Source of the DNA: an uncultured Alphaproteobacteria bacterium
GTDB lineage: Bacteria; Pseudomonadota; Alphaproteobacteria; Rs-D84; CACZYB01
Direction: 5' to 3'
NCBI GenBank assembly: GCA_934246625.1
Contig: CAKQHZ010000001.1
Span: 420,001-452,000 of the forward strand
DNA: 32,000 bases
Shown: piece after piece, positions 8,188 through 15,160 of the stretch
Numbering within the stretch: position 1 is the first letter of the stretch
Layout: each line of letters opens with the position of its first letter
Translations under genes and position numbers: made by a program
The notes under the pieces: generated by a model
The model's input: only the letters and a program-made list of their open reading frames with translations
Database searches by the model: none
Told to the model about the DNA's origin: nothing

Positions 8188-9912
8188 TTATATACCATAA
8201 TTTATTTTATTATTTAGTTTTATTGCATTCAATTCATCTTGATTTTGTGTAGTATCAAGATTTTTTAATGCCTTTTTCCACTCGTATTTTGCTTCTTGCT
8301 TTCGACCTAAAGACCAATATATATCACCAAGATGGTCTATAATTACCGAATTTTTAGGTTGAATAGCTTTTGCATATTCAAGCATTTTTAAAGCATCATC
8401 TGTTTTACCAAGTTTAAAAAATGCCCAACCATAAGTATCAAGATAATATGGATTTAATGGGTCGTATGCAATTACTTGTTCAGAAAGTTTAAATGCCTTT
8501 TCATAATCAATATTATTTAAAAGTAAAAAATACGCATAATAATTTAAAACAACAGGATTTTTTGAATTTAAGACTATTGATTTTTCTAAATCCTTTTCTG
8601 TCATTTCCTTATTTTTTAAAATATCATAAATTTGTGCACGGGCAAAATAAAGCTCGGCATTTAAAGTATTATTATTGATTTCCTGTTCAATACCCTTTGT
8701 ATAATAATTGATTGCTGTATTGAATTTTTTATCATTTTTATAATAATCACCAACATTTATATAAAGTTGCAAAATAGCAGGATTTGACTTTATCAATTCA
8801 TCATAAAGTGTCAAAGCCTCATCAATTGATTTTGGTTGTGTTAATAAATATTGTGCATAATTAACTTTGTTTATCAAATTCAAATAACTTGTTTCTGGAA
8901 TTGATTTTACTATTGTTTTATACTCATCAACTTTATTATATTTTTTATAAACCTCAGCTTTCATAAGAGATGCCATATATAAATTAGAATCCAAATCCAA
9001 GACCATATTCAAATACATTAAATATAAATCCAAAGATGATGGGAAAACCGTAATGATAATAGTAGATATATCAAACAAAGATTTTGCCATTGCCTTTTGA
9101 GGAGTATCTATATAATAAGGCGTATAAGTATTATTTTGCAAAGATTCTAATAAAGACAAAGATGATATAGAACCCTGTGATTTCTTATAATAATCTGAAA
9201 CAACATCTATTGCTTTTTGTTTTCTATTATGTTTTATATAAAAATTTGCAATAGTTTCTATATCAAAAAGATTTAATTTTGTGGTCAATGCTTCCTCGTA
9301 TAATTCTTCTGCATATTCATCATCACCAGAAAGTTCAGCCATTATGCCAAGATTTATTAAAACTATATTTTCAAATGCAGGATTATTGATTTCTGTTTCC
9401 AATAAATCTAAAGCATCATCATTTTTTTCAAGAGCTAACAACACCCAACTTTTTAAAATTTTTACAATAAAAGTATCTGATTTATTTTTTATAGAATTAA
9501 GTCTATCTAATGATTTTTGATAATTACCATTTTTAAAATCAATATAACTTAAATAAATAGAAGGAATTATATTTGATGGATTTTGTTTTATTTCATTTTC
9601 TGCATCAATAATAGCTTCTTTTTCATTATTTTGTATAGCATTTATAATAAATGATTTACCAAGAAAATCACGTTTGTTTTGTGAAACAGCCTCTGAATAA
9701 ATATTATTAAGATTCAAATAATCGCCCATTATTTCGGCACGAAAACTTGAAAGATAAAGGCCGTATTTATTATCCTTATTATAAATAGAATCATAATTAC
9801 CTGTTTTTTCAATATTTTTAACAGGGTGTATAAAAAAACTTAAAACAATTAAAATCAATATAAAAGTAAAAATTAACTTTCGTATATATTTTTTTAAATT
9901 TTTATTTTGCAT
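8188..9912 (-). CDS. Tetratricopeptide-repeat protein with N-terminal membrane anchor
   Basis: 574 aa. N-terminal TM IFTFILILIVLSFFI. Repeated TPR-like A/Y/L periodicity, for example LGDIYWSLGRKQEAKYEWKKAL and YLDTYGWAFFKLGKTDDALKMLEYA. Confidence 0.75.
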   Translation of the reverse strand: MQNKNLKKYIRKLIFTFILILIVLSFFIHPVKNIEKTGNYDSIYNKDNKYGLYLSSFRAEIMGDYLNLNNIYSEAVSQNKRDFLGKSFIINAIQNNEKEAIIDAENEIKQNPSNIIPSIYLSYIDFKNGNYQKSLDRLNSIKNKSDTFIVKILKSWVLLALEKNDDALDLLETEINNPAFENIVLINLGIMAELSGDDEYAEELYEEALTTKLNLFDIETIANFYIKHNRKQKAIDVVSDYYKKSQGSISSLSLLESLQNNTYTPYYIDTPQKAMAKSLFDISTIIITVFPSSLDLYLMYLNMVLDLDSNLYMASLMKAEVYKKYNKVDEYKTIVKSIPETSYLNLINKVNYAQYLLTQPKSIDEALTLYDELIKSNPAILQLYINVGDYYKNDKKFNTAINYYTKGIEQEINNNTLNAELYFARAQIYDILKNKEMTEKDLEKSIVLNSKNPVVLNYYAYFLLLNNIDYEKAFKLSEQVIAYDPLNPYYLDTYGWAFFKLGKTDDALKMLEYAKAIQPKNSVIIDHLGDIYWSLGRKQEAKYEWKKALKNLDTTQNQDELNAIKLNNKINYGI

Positions 9913-9981
9913 AATTATCTCTTTCTGTTATTATTTTAATAAAATTATACCACAAAACCGAATTAAAAAAAAGAGTATTTA

Positions 9982-10542
9982 ATGAAAAATTATAATAAAG
10001 AAATTTTTAAAAAATATATTGAAACTTTACTTAAATGGCAAAAATCAATTAACCTTATAAGTCCTTCAACTATACCTAATGTATGGGAAAGACATTTTGA
10101 AGATAGTCTTTTTTTATATGACTATATAAAAGATGAACAAAATATTTTTGATATTGGAAGCGGTGGTGGTTTTCCTGCTCTTGTTTTAAGTATTGCAGGA
10201 ATAAAAAATATTACTATAGTTGAAAGCGATAAACGTAAATGTTTATTTTTAAATGAGATAAAAAGAATTTACAATCTTGATGTAAAAATAATAAATGACA
10301 GAGTTGAAAATTTAACCTTTGATAAAAATAATTGTATTATAGGACGTGCATTTGCTCCACTTGATAAATTTTTAAATTTATGTGTAAATATAATAAACAA
10401 AGATACAAAAATGTTTTTATTAAAAGGTTCAAATATCAATAATGAAATAACAGATGCAAAAAAAGACTGGAATTTTAATTATACTTTAAATAAAAAACCA
10501 AATGGTTTTATAATTTCTATATCAAATATTTGTAAAAAGTAA
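9982..10542 (+). CDS. rsmG: 16S rRNA (guanine527-N7)-methyltransferase RsmG (GidB)
   Basis: 186 aa. SAM-binding motif IFDIGSGGGFPALVL, the WQKSINLIS...WERHFEDSL pattern, and its position upstream of parAB. Confidence 0.85.
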   Translation: MKNYNKEIFKKYIETLLKWQKSINLISPSTIPNVWERHFEDSLFLYDYIKDEQNIFDIGSGGGFPALVLSIAGIKNITIVESDKRKCLFLNEIKRIYNLDVKIINDRVENLTFDKNNCIIGRAFAPLDKFLNLCVNIINKDTKMFLLKGSNINNEITDAKKDWNFNYTLNKKPNGFIISISNICKK

Positions 10543-10555
10543 TTGTTAATAAAAA

Positions 10556-10571
10556 TGTTTCACGTGAAACA
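10556..10571. promoter_or_regulatory. parS centromere-like site
   Basis: TGTTTCACGTGAAACA is a perfect 16-bp palindrome identical to the canonical chromosomal parS consensus. It lies 150 bp upstream of parA. Confidence 0.85.
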
Positions 10572-10659
10572 ATTTCGCCTTATTTTATGTAAAATCAATA
10601 ACTTAATTTTCTAAAAATTTAATATAATTGTTAATAACTTTTAAAAAATAAAAAACAAC

Positions 10660-10688
10660 TTGCAAAGATTTGTTAAAAATATTATATT
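10660..10688 (+). promoter_or_regulatory. Putative sigma70 promoter of parAB
   Basis: TTGCAA (10660-10665), 17 nt, TATATT (10683-10688), about 32 nt upstream of the parA ATG. Such matches are easy to find by chance in AT-rich DNA. Confidence 0.3.
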
Positions 10689-10720
10689 TTTAATATAGTA
10701 TTTATAAATTCGGAGGAAAA

Positions 10721-11530
10721 ATGAGTATATTTCAAAATACAAAAATCATTTCAATAACAAATCAAAAGGGTGGGGTTGGAAAAACAACAACTGCTGTGAA
10801 TTTAGCAACTGCTCTTGCAAGTGTTGATAAAAAAGTTTTAGTTATAGATTTTGACCCACAAGGAAATGCAAGCACTGGTCTTGGTATAGAACAAAACGAC
10901 AGGGTAAAAGATATTTATTCTTTGTTATTTGATAAAAATATTTTCAAAGAATCTATTAAACAAACAAAAATTAAAAATTTAGATGTAGTTCCAGCTTCTA
11001 TTGATTTATCTGCTGCTGAAATAGAATTATCAAATATAGAAGAAAAAACTTTAAAATTAAGAAGTTTGTTTGAAAAAAATTTATTTCTTTCAAGTTATGA
11101 TTATATATTTATTGATTGTCCTCCTGCACTTGGTTATTTAACATTAAATGCCCTTGGTGCATCAGATTCTGTTATGATACCTTTGCAATGTGAATTTTTT
11201 GCATTGGAAGGTGTAAGTCATCTTATGAATACTATTCAACTTGTTCAACAAAATATAAATAAAGAACTGGAAATAGAAGGTGTTATACTTACAATGTATG
11301 ATAAAAGAAATAAACTTTCCGAGCTTGTTGAAAAAGATGTTAGAAATTGTTTTGGTGAGTTTGTGTTTAATACTCTTATACCAAGAAATGTTCGTGTTTC
11401 AGAAGCTCCATCACATGGAAAACCAGTTATTTTATATGATTTAGATTGTGCTGGAAGTCAAGCATATATAAATCTTGCTGCTGAATTTTTAACAAGAAAT
11501 GAAAATAAAAATGTAAGAAAGGTTGCCTAA
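10721..11530 (+). CDS. parA: Chromosome partitioning ATPase ParA/Soj
   Basis: 269 aa. Deviant Walker A NQKGGVGKTTT, then VLVIDFDPQGNAS and IFIDCPPALG. GGAGG SD. Confidence 0.92.
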   Translation: MSIFQNTKIISITNQKGGVGKTTTAVNLATALASVDKKVLVIDFDPQGNASTGLGIEQNDRVKDIYSLLFDKNIFKESIKQTKIKNLDVVPASIDLSAAEIELSNIEEKTLKLRSLFEKNLFLSSYDYIFIDCPPALGYLTLNALGASDSVMIPLQCEFFALEGVSHLMNTIQLVQQNINKELEIEGVILTMYDKRNKLSELVEKDVRNCFGEFVFNTLIPRNVRVSEAPSHGKPVILYDLDCAGSQAYINLAAEFLTRNENKNVRKVA

Positions 11531-12427
11531 ATGAAAGTTGAAAATAGATTAGGAAAGGGTTTATCCGCTTTCTTTGAAAATAAAAATCAAAATGTTCCTG
11601 TATTTAATAATCCTCAACAAAATGAAAATAATGAACAAATTAATGAAGTAAAACAAAATTTGGAACAAAATGGTATTGTATATATTCCAGTTGGAAATGT
11701 TAAACCAAATCCAAATCAACCACGAAAAGAATTTAAAGAAGAGCAACTTCGCGAGCTTGCAAACTCTATTGAAAAAAATGGCGTTTTACAACCTATATTG
11801 GTAAGAAAGACAAATACTCCTAATATTTTTGAAATTATCGCAGGTGAAAGAAGATGGCGTGCTGGAAATCTTGCTGGAATTTATGAAATTCCAGCTATAA
11901 TAAAAGATTTTTCAGATAAAGAAACTTTTGAAATAGGCTTAATTGAAAATTTACAACGTGAAAATCTTTCTCCTATTGAAGAAGCAAATGGTTATAAAAA
12001 ACTTATGATTGATTTTGACTATACTCAAGAAGATGTTTCTAAACTTGTAAATAAAAGTCGTTCATACGTTGCAAATATTTTAAGACTTTTGACTTTACCA
12101 AAAGACGTTCAAGAAATGATTTCTGATGGTAAATTATCTTATACTGTTGCAAGAACTTTGATTGGTTCTGATAATCCTTCTAAAAAAGCGAAAACTCTTG
12201 TTAAAAAAGATATAAATGCAAGAGAAGCAGAAAAAATGAAAGATTCTTCAGATATAGAAGTTAAAAGTGAACTTGACTCTGAGTTAATCTCTTTAAAAGA
12301 GAACTTAAGCGAACATCTTAAAGTTAACGTTGACATTAAATGTAAAAATAACAAAGGTGAGATAGTGATAAAGTTTAAGGATTTATCTGAACTTGATACA
12401 CTTATGACTAAACTAAATAATATATAA
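11531..12427 (+). CDS. parB: Chromosome partitioning protein ParB/Spo0J
   Basis: 298 aa. ParB box IIAGERRWRA, ENLQRENLSPIEEA, and an HTH region QEDVSKLVNKSRSYVANILRLL. The ATG directly follows the parA stop. Confidence 0.92.
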   Translation: MKVENRLGKGLSAFFENKNQNVPVFNNPQQNENNEQINEVKQNLEQNGIVYIPVGNVKPNPNQPRKEFKEEQLRELANSIEKNGVLQPILVRKTNTPNIFEIIAGERRWRAGNLAGIYEIPAIIKDFSDKETFEIGLIENLQRENLSPIEEANGYKKLMIDFDYTQEDVSKLVNKSRSYVANILRLLTLPKDVQEMISDGKLSYTVARTLIGSDNPSKKAKTLVKKDINAREAEKMKDSSDIEVKSELDSELISLKENLSEHLKVNVDIKCKNNKGEIVIKFKDLSELDTLMTKLNNI

Positions 12428-12482
12428 TATAAATATTGTTATTGTTGATCCTGTGAAAATTGTTTATTACTTTTTGTTATAC

Positions 12483-12657
12483 TAGTTATTCACAGAAAAA
12501 ATTTTATTATATTCCTTTAGAATCCCAAAAAACTGGGATTCTTTTTTTAGTTATTCACAGATTTTAAACTTTTATTAAAGTTATTAACATGTTTATAAAA
12601 ATGTTTATTGATTTGTGAAATCTTTGTTTCTATACTTTATATAAAAGTTATTAACAT
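12483..12657 (+). repeat. Four same-orientation AGTTATT(C/A)ACA 11-mers (DnaA-box-like iterons)
   Basis: TAGTTATTCACAGA occurs at 12483-12496 and 12548-12561, each containing TTATTCACA, which fits TTWTNCACA. AAAGTTATTAACAT occurs at 12577-12590 and 12644-12657, each containing TTATTAACA (one mismatch). Weaker inverted TGTGAAA elements lie at 12452-12460 and 12614-12622. TTAA-N7-TTAA lies at 12651-12665. Confidence 0.5.
12520..12548 (+). terminator. Rho-independent terminator downstream of parB
   Basis: Stem GAATCCCA(12520-12527)/TGGGATTC(12534-12541), then a T7 run. Confidence 0.7.
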
Positions 12658-12687
12658 TTTATTAACAATTTGAATTTTGTGTTAAAT

Positions 12688-12906
12688 ATGAGTATTAAAA
12701 TAGGACAAATTTATAAGCATTATAAAGGATTTAGTTATCAAATCTTAAATATAGCAAAGCATAGTGAAACTTTGGAAGATATGGTTGTGTATAAGGCTTT
12801 GTATGGTGAAGGTTTGGTTTGGGTAAGGCCTTTATCTATGTTTGAAGAAGAAATTATAAAAGATGGTAAAAAAATAAAAAGATTTGAACTTATTTCAGAT
12901 AGATAA
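12688..12906 (+). CDS. DUF1653-family protein
   Basis: IYKHYKG..Y.....KHSETLEDMVVYKALYGEGLVWVRPLSMF matches the DUF1653 pattern. I prefer ATG 12688 (MSIKIGQ) to the TTG at 12670 listed in the ORF track. Confidence 0.7.
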   Translation: MSIKIGQIYKHYKGFSYQILNIAKHSETLEDMVVYKALYGEGLVWVRPLSMFEEEIIKDGKKIKRFELISDR

Positions 12907-12964
12907 TTTTTTCTTATATTTTACTTGATTTTTATAAAAACAGGAGTATATTTAATTTCATTAT

Positions 12965-13039
12965 TGGGGTGTCGCCAAGTGGTAAGGCAGCGGGTTTTGG
13001 TTCCGCCATTCGTTGGTTCGAATCCAGCCACCCCAGCCA
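12965..13039 (+). tRNA. tRNA-Gln (anticodon UUG), CCA encoded
   Basis: TGGGGTG TC GCCA AGTGGTA AGGC A GCGGG TTTTGGT TCCGC CATTC GTTGG TTCGAAT CCAGC CACCCCA G CCA. 75 nt, closely resembling enterobacterial tRNA-Gln. Confidence 0.92.
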
Positions 13040-13048
13040 ACTTTTAAT

Positions 13049-13072
13049 CCGTCCTTTTGGGCGGTTTTTTTT
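13049..13072 (+). terminator. Rho-independent terminator after tRNA-Gln(UUG)
   Basis: Stem CCGTCC/GGGCGG with loop TTTT, followed by T8. Confidence 0.7.
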
Positions 13073-13086
13073 ATACTTTATTAAAA

Positions 13087-13121
13087 TAAAAGTCGCTCTC
13101 GAGGTAAGGGCGACTTTTTTT
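13087..13121. terminator. Hairpin terminator downstream of the hsp20 gene (usable from both strands)
   Basis: AGTCGC(13091-13096)/GCGACT(13110-13115), flanked by an A-rich run on one side and T6 on the other. The hsp20 stop is at 13141. Confidence 0.55.
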
Positions 13122-13140
13122 AGGTAGAAATAATATGTTT

Positions 13141-13626
13141 TTATTCGGCTTTGATTTCTATTTTCTTTGTGTTGTCTTTTAATGCTTCTGTCTTTGGTGC
13201 AGTTATCTTTAATACACCTTTTTTGAAAGAAGCTGAGACTTTATTTGTATCAATTTCAGATGGAAGTTGTATTGTTCTTTCAACCATTCCATAACTTCTT
13301 TCTGAAAAATAATGTCCTTTTGATTTTTCTTCTTGGTTTGATTTCTTTTCACCTTTTATTGTTAAGTATCCATCTTTTGAAATTTCTACATCAATATCTT
13401 TTTCATCAATTCCAGGAAGTTCAGCAGATACCTGTATATCATTTTCATTTTCAATAACTTCGATTTTTGGTTCTATTACCATTGGGCTTTGAACGGCTGT
13501 TGACAATGGAAAATCGAATACATCAAAGAAGTTATCAAATACTCTGTTAACTTCGTTTTGAAGCATATTATAGTTGTTATTATAATTCTTTCTTGCTAAA
13601 GATTTATTACATTTGTTGCATACCAT
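13141..13626 (-). CDS. Small heat-shock protein, Hsp20/alpha-crystallin family
   Basis: 161 aa. Alpha-crystallin domain ...DIQVSAELPGIDEKDIDVEISKDGYLTIKGEKK...ERSYGMVERTIQLPSEIDTNKVSASFKKGVLKITAPK. AAGGAG SD 7 nt before ATG 13626. Confidence 0.88.
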   Translation of the reverse strand: MVCNKCNKSLARKNYNNNYNMLQNEVNRVFDNFFDVFDFPLSTAVQSPMVIEPKIEVIENENDIQVSAELPGIDEKDIDVEISKDGYLTIKGEKKSNQEEKSKGHYFSERSYGMVERTIQLPSEIDTNKVSASFKKGVLKITAPKTEALKDNTKKIEIKAE

Positions 13627-13830
13627 TTTTTATCTCCTTGTGTTTAGTTCTTGCACAATAATTTATATATGTTAGAGGTGTTTTTTTATTCAAGAGGTTT
13701 TATTTTTATTCCTATAAAATTTTTGTAAAATCAACAAGATAAAATATTTTTGATAATTTTAGGAAAAAATGTTTTTAAAAATTGGTGGAGTAGGGTATAA
13801 TAACAATATCTTTAATAAACGGAGGTTATT

Positions 13831-14097
13831 ATGAAGAAATTTATTATTATTTCTATGATGCTTGCTGGTTGTGCAAGTATGGAATCAAAACTTGGTTCTG
13901 AAAATGCACAAAAAACACAATGTGTTTCTGCTATGACTTTGACTATGACAGCAACTTGTTCAAGTGAAAAGGCTTGTATAAAAAAGAAATTAAAGAAGAA
14001 TTATAGAGCTATTGCAAATAAGTGTAATTTACAAAGTTTGCAAGAATTAAATGCAATGTATGACAATATACAGTTGATGAAAAGTTTAGCTGAATAA
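13831..14097 (+). CDS. Small Cys-rich lipoprotein, no recognisable family
   Basis: 88 aa. MKKFIIISMMLAGC carries the lipobox LAGC. Four further Cys residues follow. GGAGG SD, and a terminator directly after the stop. Confidence 0.6.
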   Translation: MKKFIIISMMLAGCASMESKLGSENAQKTQCVSAMTLTMTATCSSEKACIKKKLKKNYRAIANKCNLQSLQELNAMYDNIQLMKSLAE

Positions 14098-14124
14098 AAA
14101 AAGAGGGAATTAACCCTCTTTTTT
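14096..14124. terminator. Bidirectional terminator between the lipoprotein and zinc-ribbon genes
   Basis: A-run, AGAGGG(14102-14107)/CCCTCT(14114-14119), then T5. It overlaps the stop of the minus-strand gene. Confidence 0.65.
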
Positions 14125-14422
14125 AATACTCATCATCGTTGTCATAATTTTGATTTGAAGATAAAGTTTCATCATTATCCATATCAAAAAACATTTCAGA
14201 TTCTGATAAATCAATGTTGTTATCGTCAACATCTAAATTATCAATAATTTTGTCGTCGTCTTTGATTTTTGTTTCGGCTTTTTTCTTTTTTTTGATAAAT
14301 TCTAATTCATCATCCTTTGAAAGTGCCTTTTTACATTTTGGACAATTATGAACTTCTTTATTCATATCGTAAAACATTGCATTGCAGAAAGGACATATAT
14401 GTTTTTTACCTCTAATATCCAT
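14123..14422 (-). CDS. TIGR02300 (FYDLN_acid) family zinc-ribbon protein with acidic tail
   Basis: 99 aa. The N-terminus is GKKHICPFCNAMFYDMNKEVHNCPKCKK (CxxC...FYDxN...CxxC), followed by a long D/E/N-rich tail, as in this family. Confidence 0.75.
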   Translation of the reverse strand: MDIRGKKHICPFCNAMFYDMNKEVHNCPKCKKALSKDDELEFIKKKKKAETKIKDDDKIIDNLDVDDNNIDLSESEMFFDMDNDETLSSNQNYDNDDEY

Positions 14423-14499
14423 TTGGCTTACCTCATGTTTTAATGTATTAAAGTTGTGTTAAAAATACATATATATCTATACAAATGTCAAGAAGAAAA

Positions 14500-15153
14500 T
14501 TACCAGTCAGAGCAAGAATTTTTTACACGAAGATATTCTTCCTCGGAATCGTGAGCGGAATTTTTGGTTGTGATTGCTTGTTCCAAGCGTGATTTTAGAA
14601 TATTTAATTTATCATCACCCTTTAAAATCTTATCTATTTTTTTTGTAATTTGAAGTTCTGTTGTGTTTGCTGGCATTAAAAATGATGGTGTGTTTTCAAG
14701 AAGAATTTTTATTTCCTCCACTATTAACTTTCCATAATATTTTAATTCATTTTGATAAATTTTTACGTGTTCTTGTTCGTGCTTTTTTATTTCTTCGTAT
14801 TGGCAAGAAAGAGGTTTGTATTTATCATCAATTAAAACATTTATAGAATTATAGCCTATATCAAAATCAATACTGTTTATATTTACACAAATTCCATTTG
14901 GTGATGGGTTTTTATCTACAAGTAAGGAAAATTGTATTTGAAAGTCAGCAATGGTAAGTCCCATAGTTTGTAATGGATTTTTAAGCCCTGTTATAGATGT
15001 GATTTGTTCTTTTGCTATAGATGTATAGGTAGGGATAGAATAATTGATTGTAGTGGTGATTTTTGGGGGTGTATTGTATTGTTGACACTCTGAAGCATAT
15101 ATAGGTGTTGATGTAAGTAATATTCCAGCGATTTTTAATAAATTGCTTTTCAT
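14500..15153 (-). CDS. Secreted HExxH protein, DUF922-like putative Zn-dependent peptidase
   Basis: The track ORF is trimmed to ATG 15153, which lies 7 nt after the virB4 stop. This gives MKSNLLKIAGILLTSTPIYA/SE (signal peptide), 217 aa. HEQEH lies in EIKKHEQEHVKIY and is preceded by a G.T......C-containing beta-rich region reminiscent of DUF922/COG5661. Family assignment is from memory only. Confidence 0.5.
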   Translation of the reverse strand: MKSNLLKIAGILLTSTPIYASECQQYNTPPKITTTINYSIPTYTSIAKEQITSITGLKNPLQTMGLTIADFQIQFSLLVDKNPSPNGICVNINSIDFDIGYNSINVLIDDKYKPLSCQYEEIKKHEQEHVKIYQNELKYYGKLIVEEIKILLENTPSFLMPANTTELQITKKIDKILKGDDKLNILKSRLEQAITTKNSAHDSEEEYLRVKNSCSDW

Positions 15154-15160
15154 TTTACAC

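Noticed and set aside
11950-11965. Second parS-like sequence TTTACAACGTGAAAAT inside parB
   Set aside because: It matches the parS consensus at only about 10 of 16 positions. It simply encodes the conserved ParB motif ENLQRENL.
12428-12687. CRISPR-like or tandem-repeat array
   Set aside because: The repeats are only 11-14 nt, in four copies, with irregular spacing of 16-53 bp. This is incompatible with CRISPR and better explained as protein-binding boxes.
12670-12687. TTG start for the DUF1653 gene
   Set aside because: The ATG at 12688 begins the conserved region (MSIKIGQIYKHYKG). The extra MNFVLN residues have no support.
13627-13700. Sigma32-type heat-shock promoter or ROSE RNA thermometer upstream of hsp20
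   Set aside because: CTTGAA (13694-13689) is present, but the -10 candidate CTAACATAT matches CCCCATNT poorly. The only hairpin near the SD (UUGUG/CACAA) does not sequester AAGGAG and lacks the ROSE U(U/C)GCU element.
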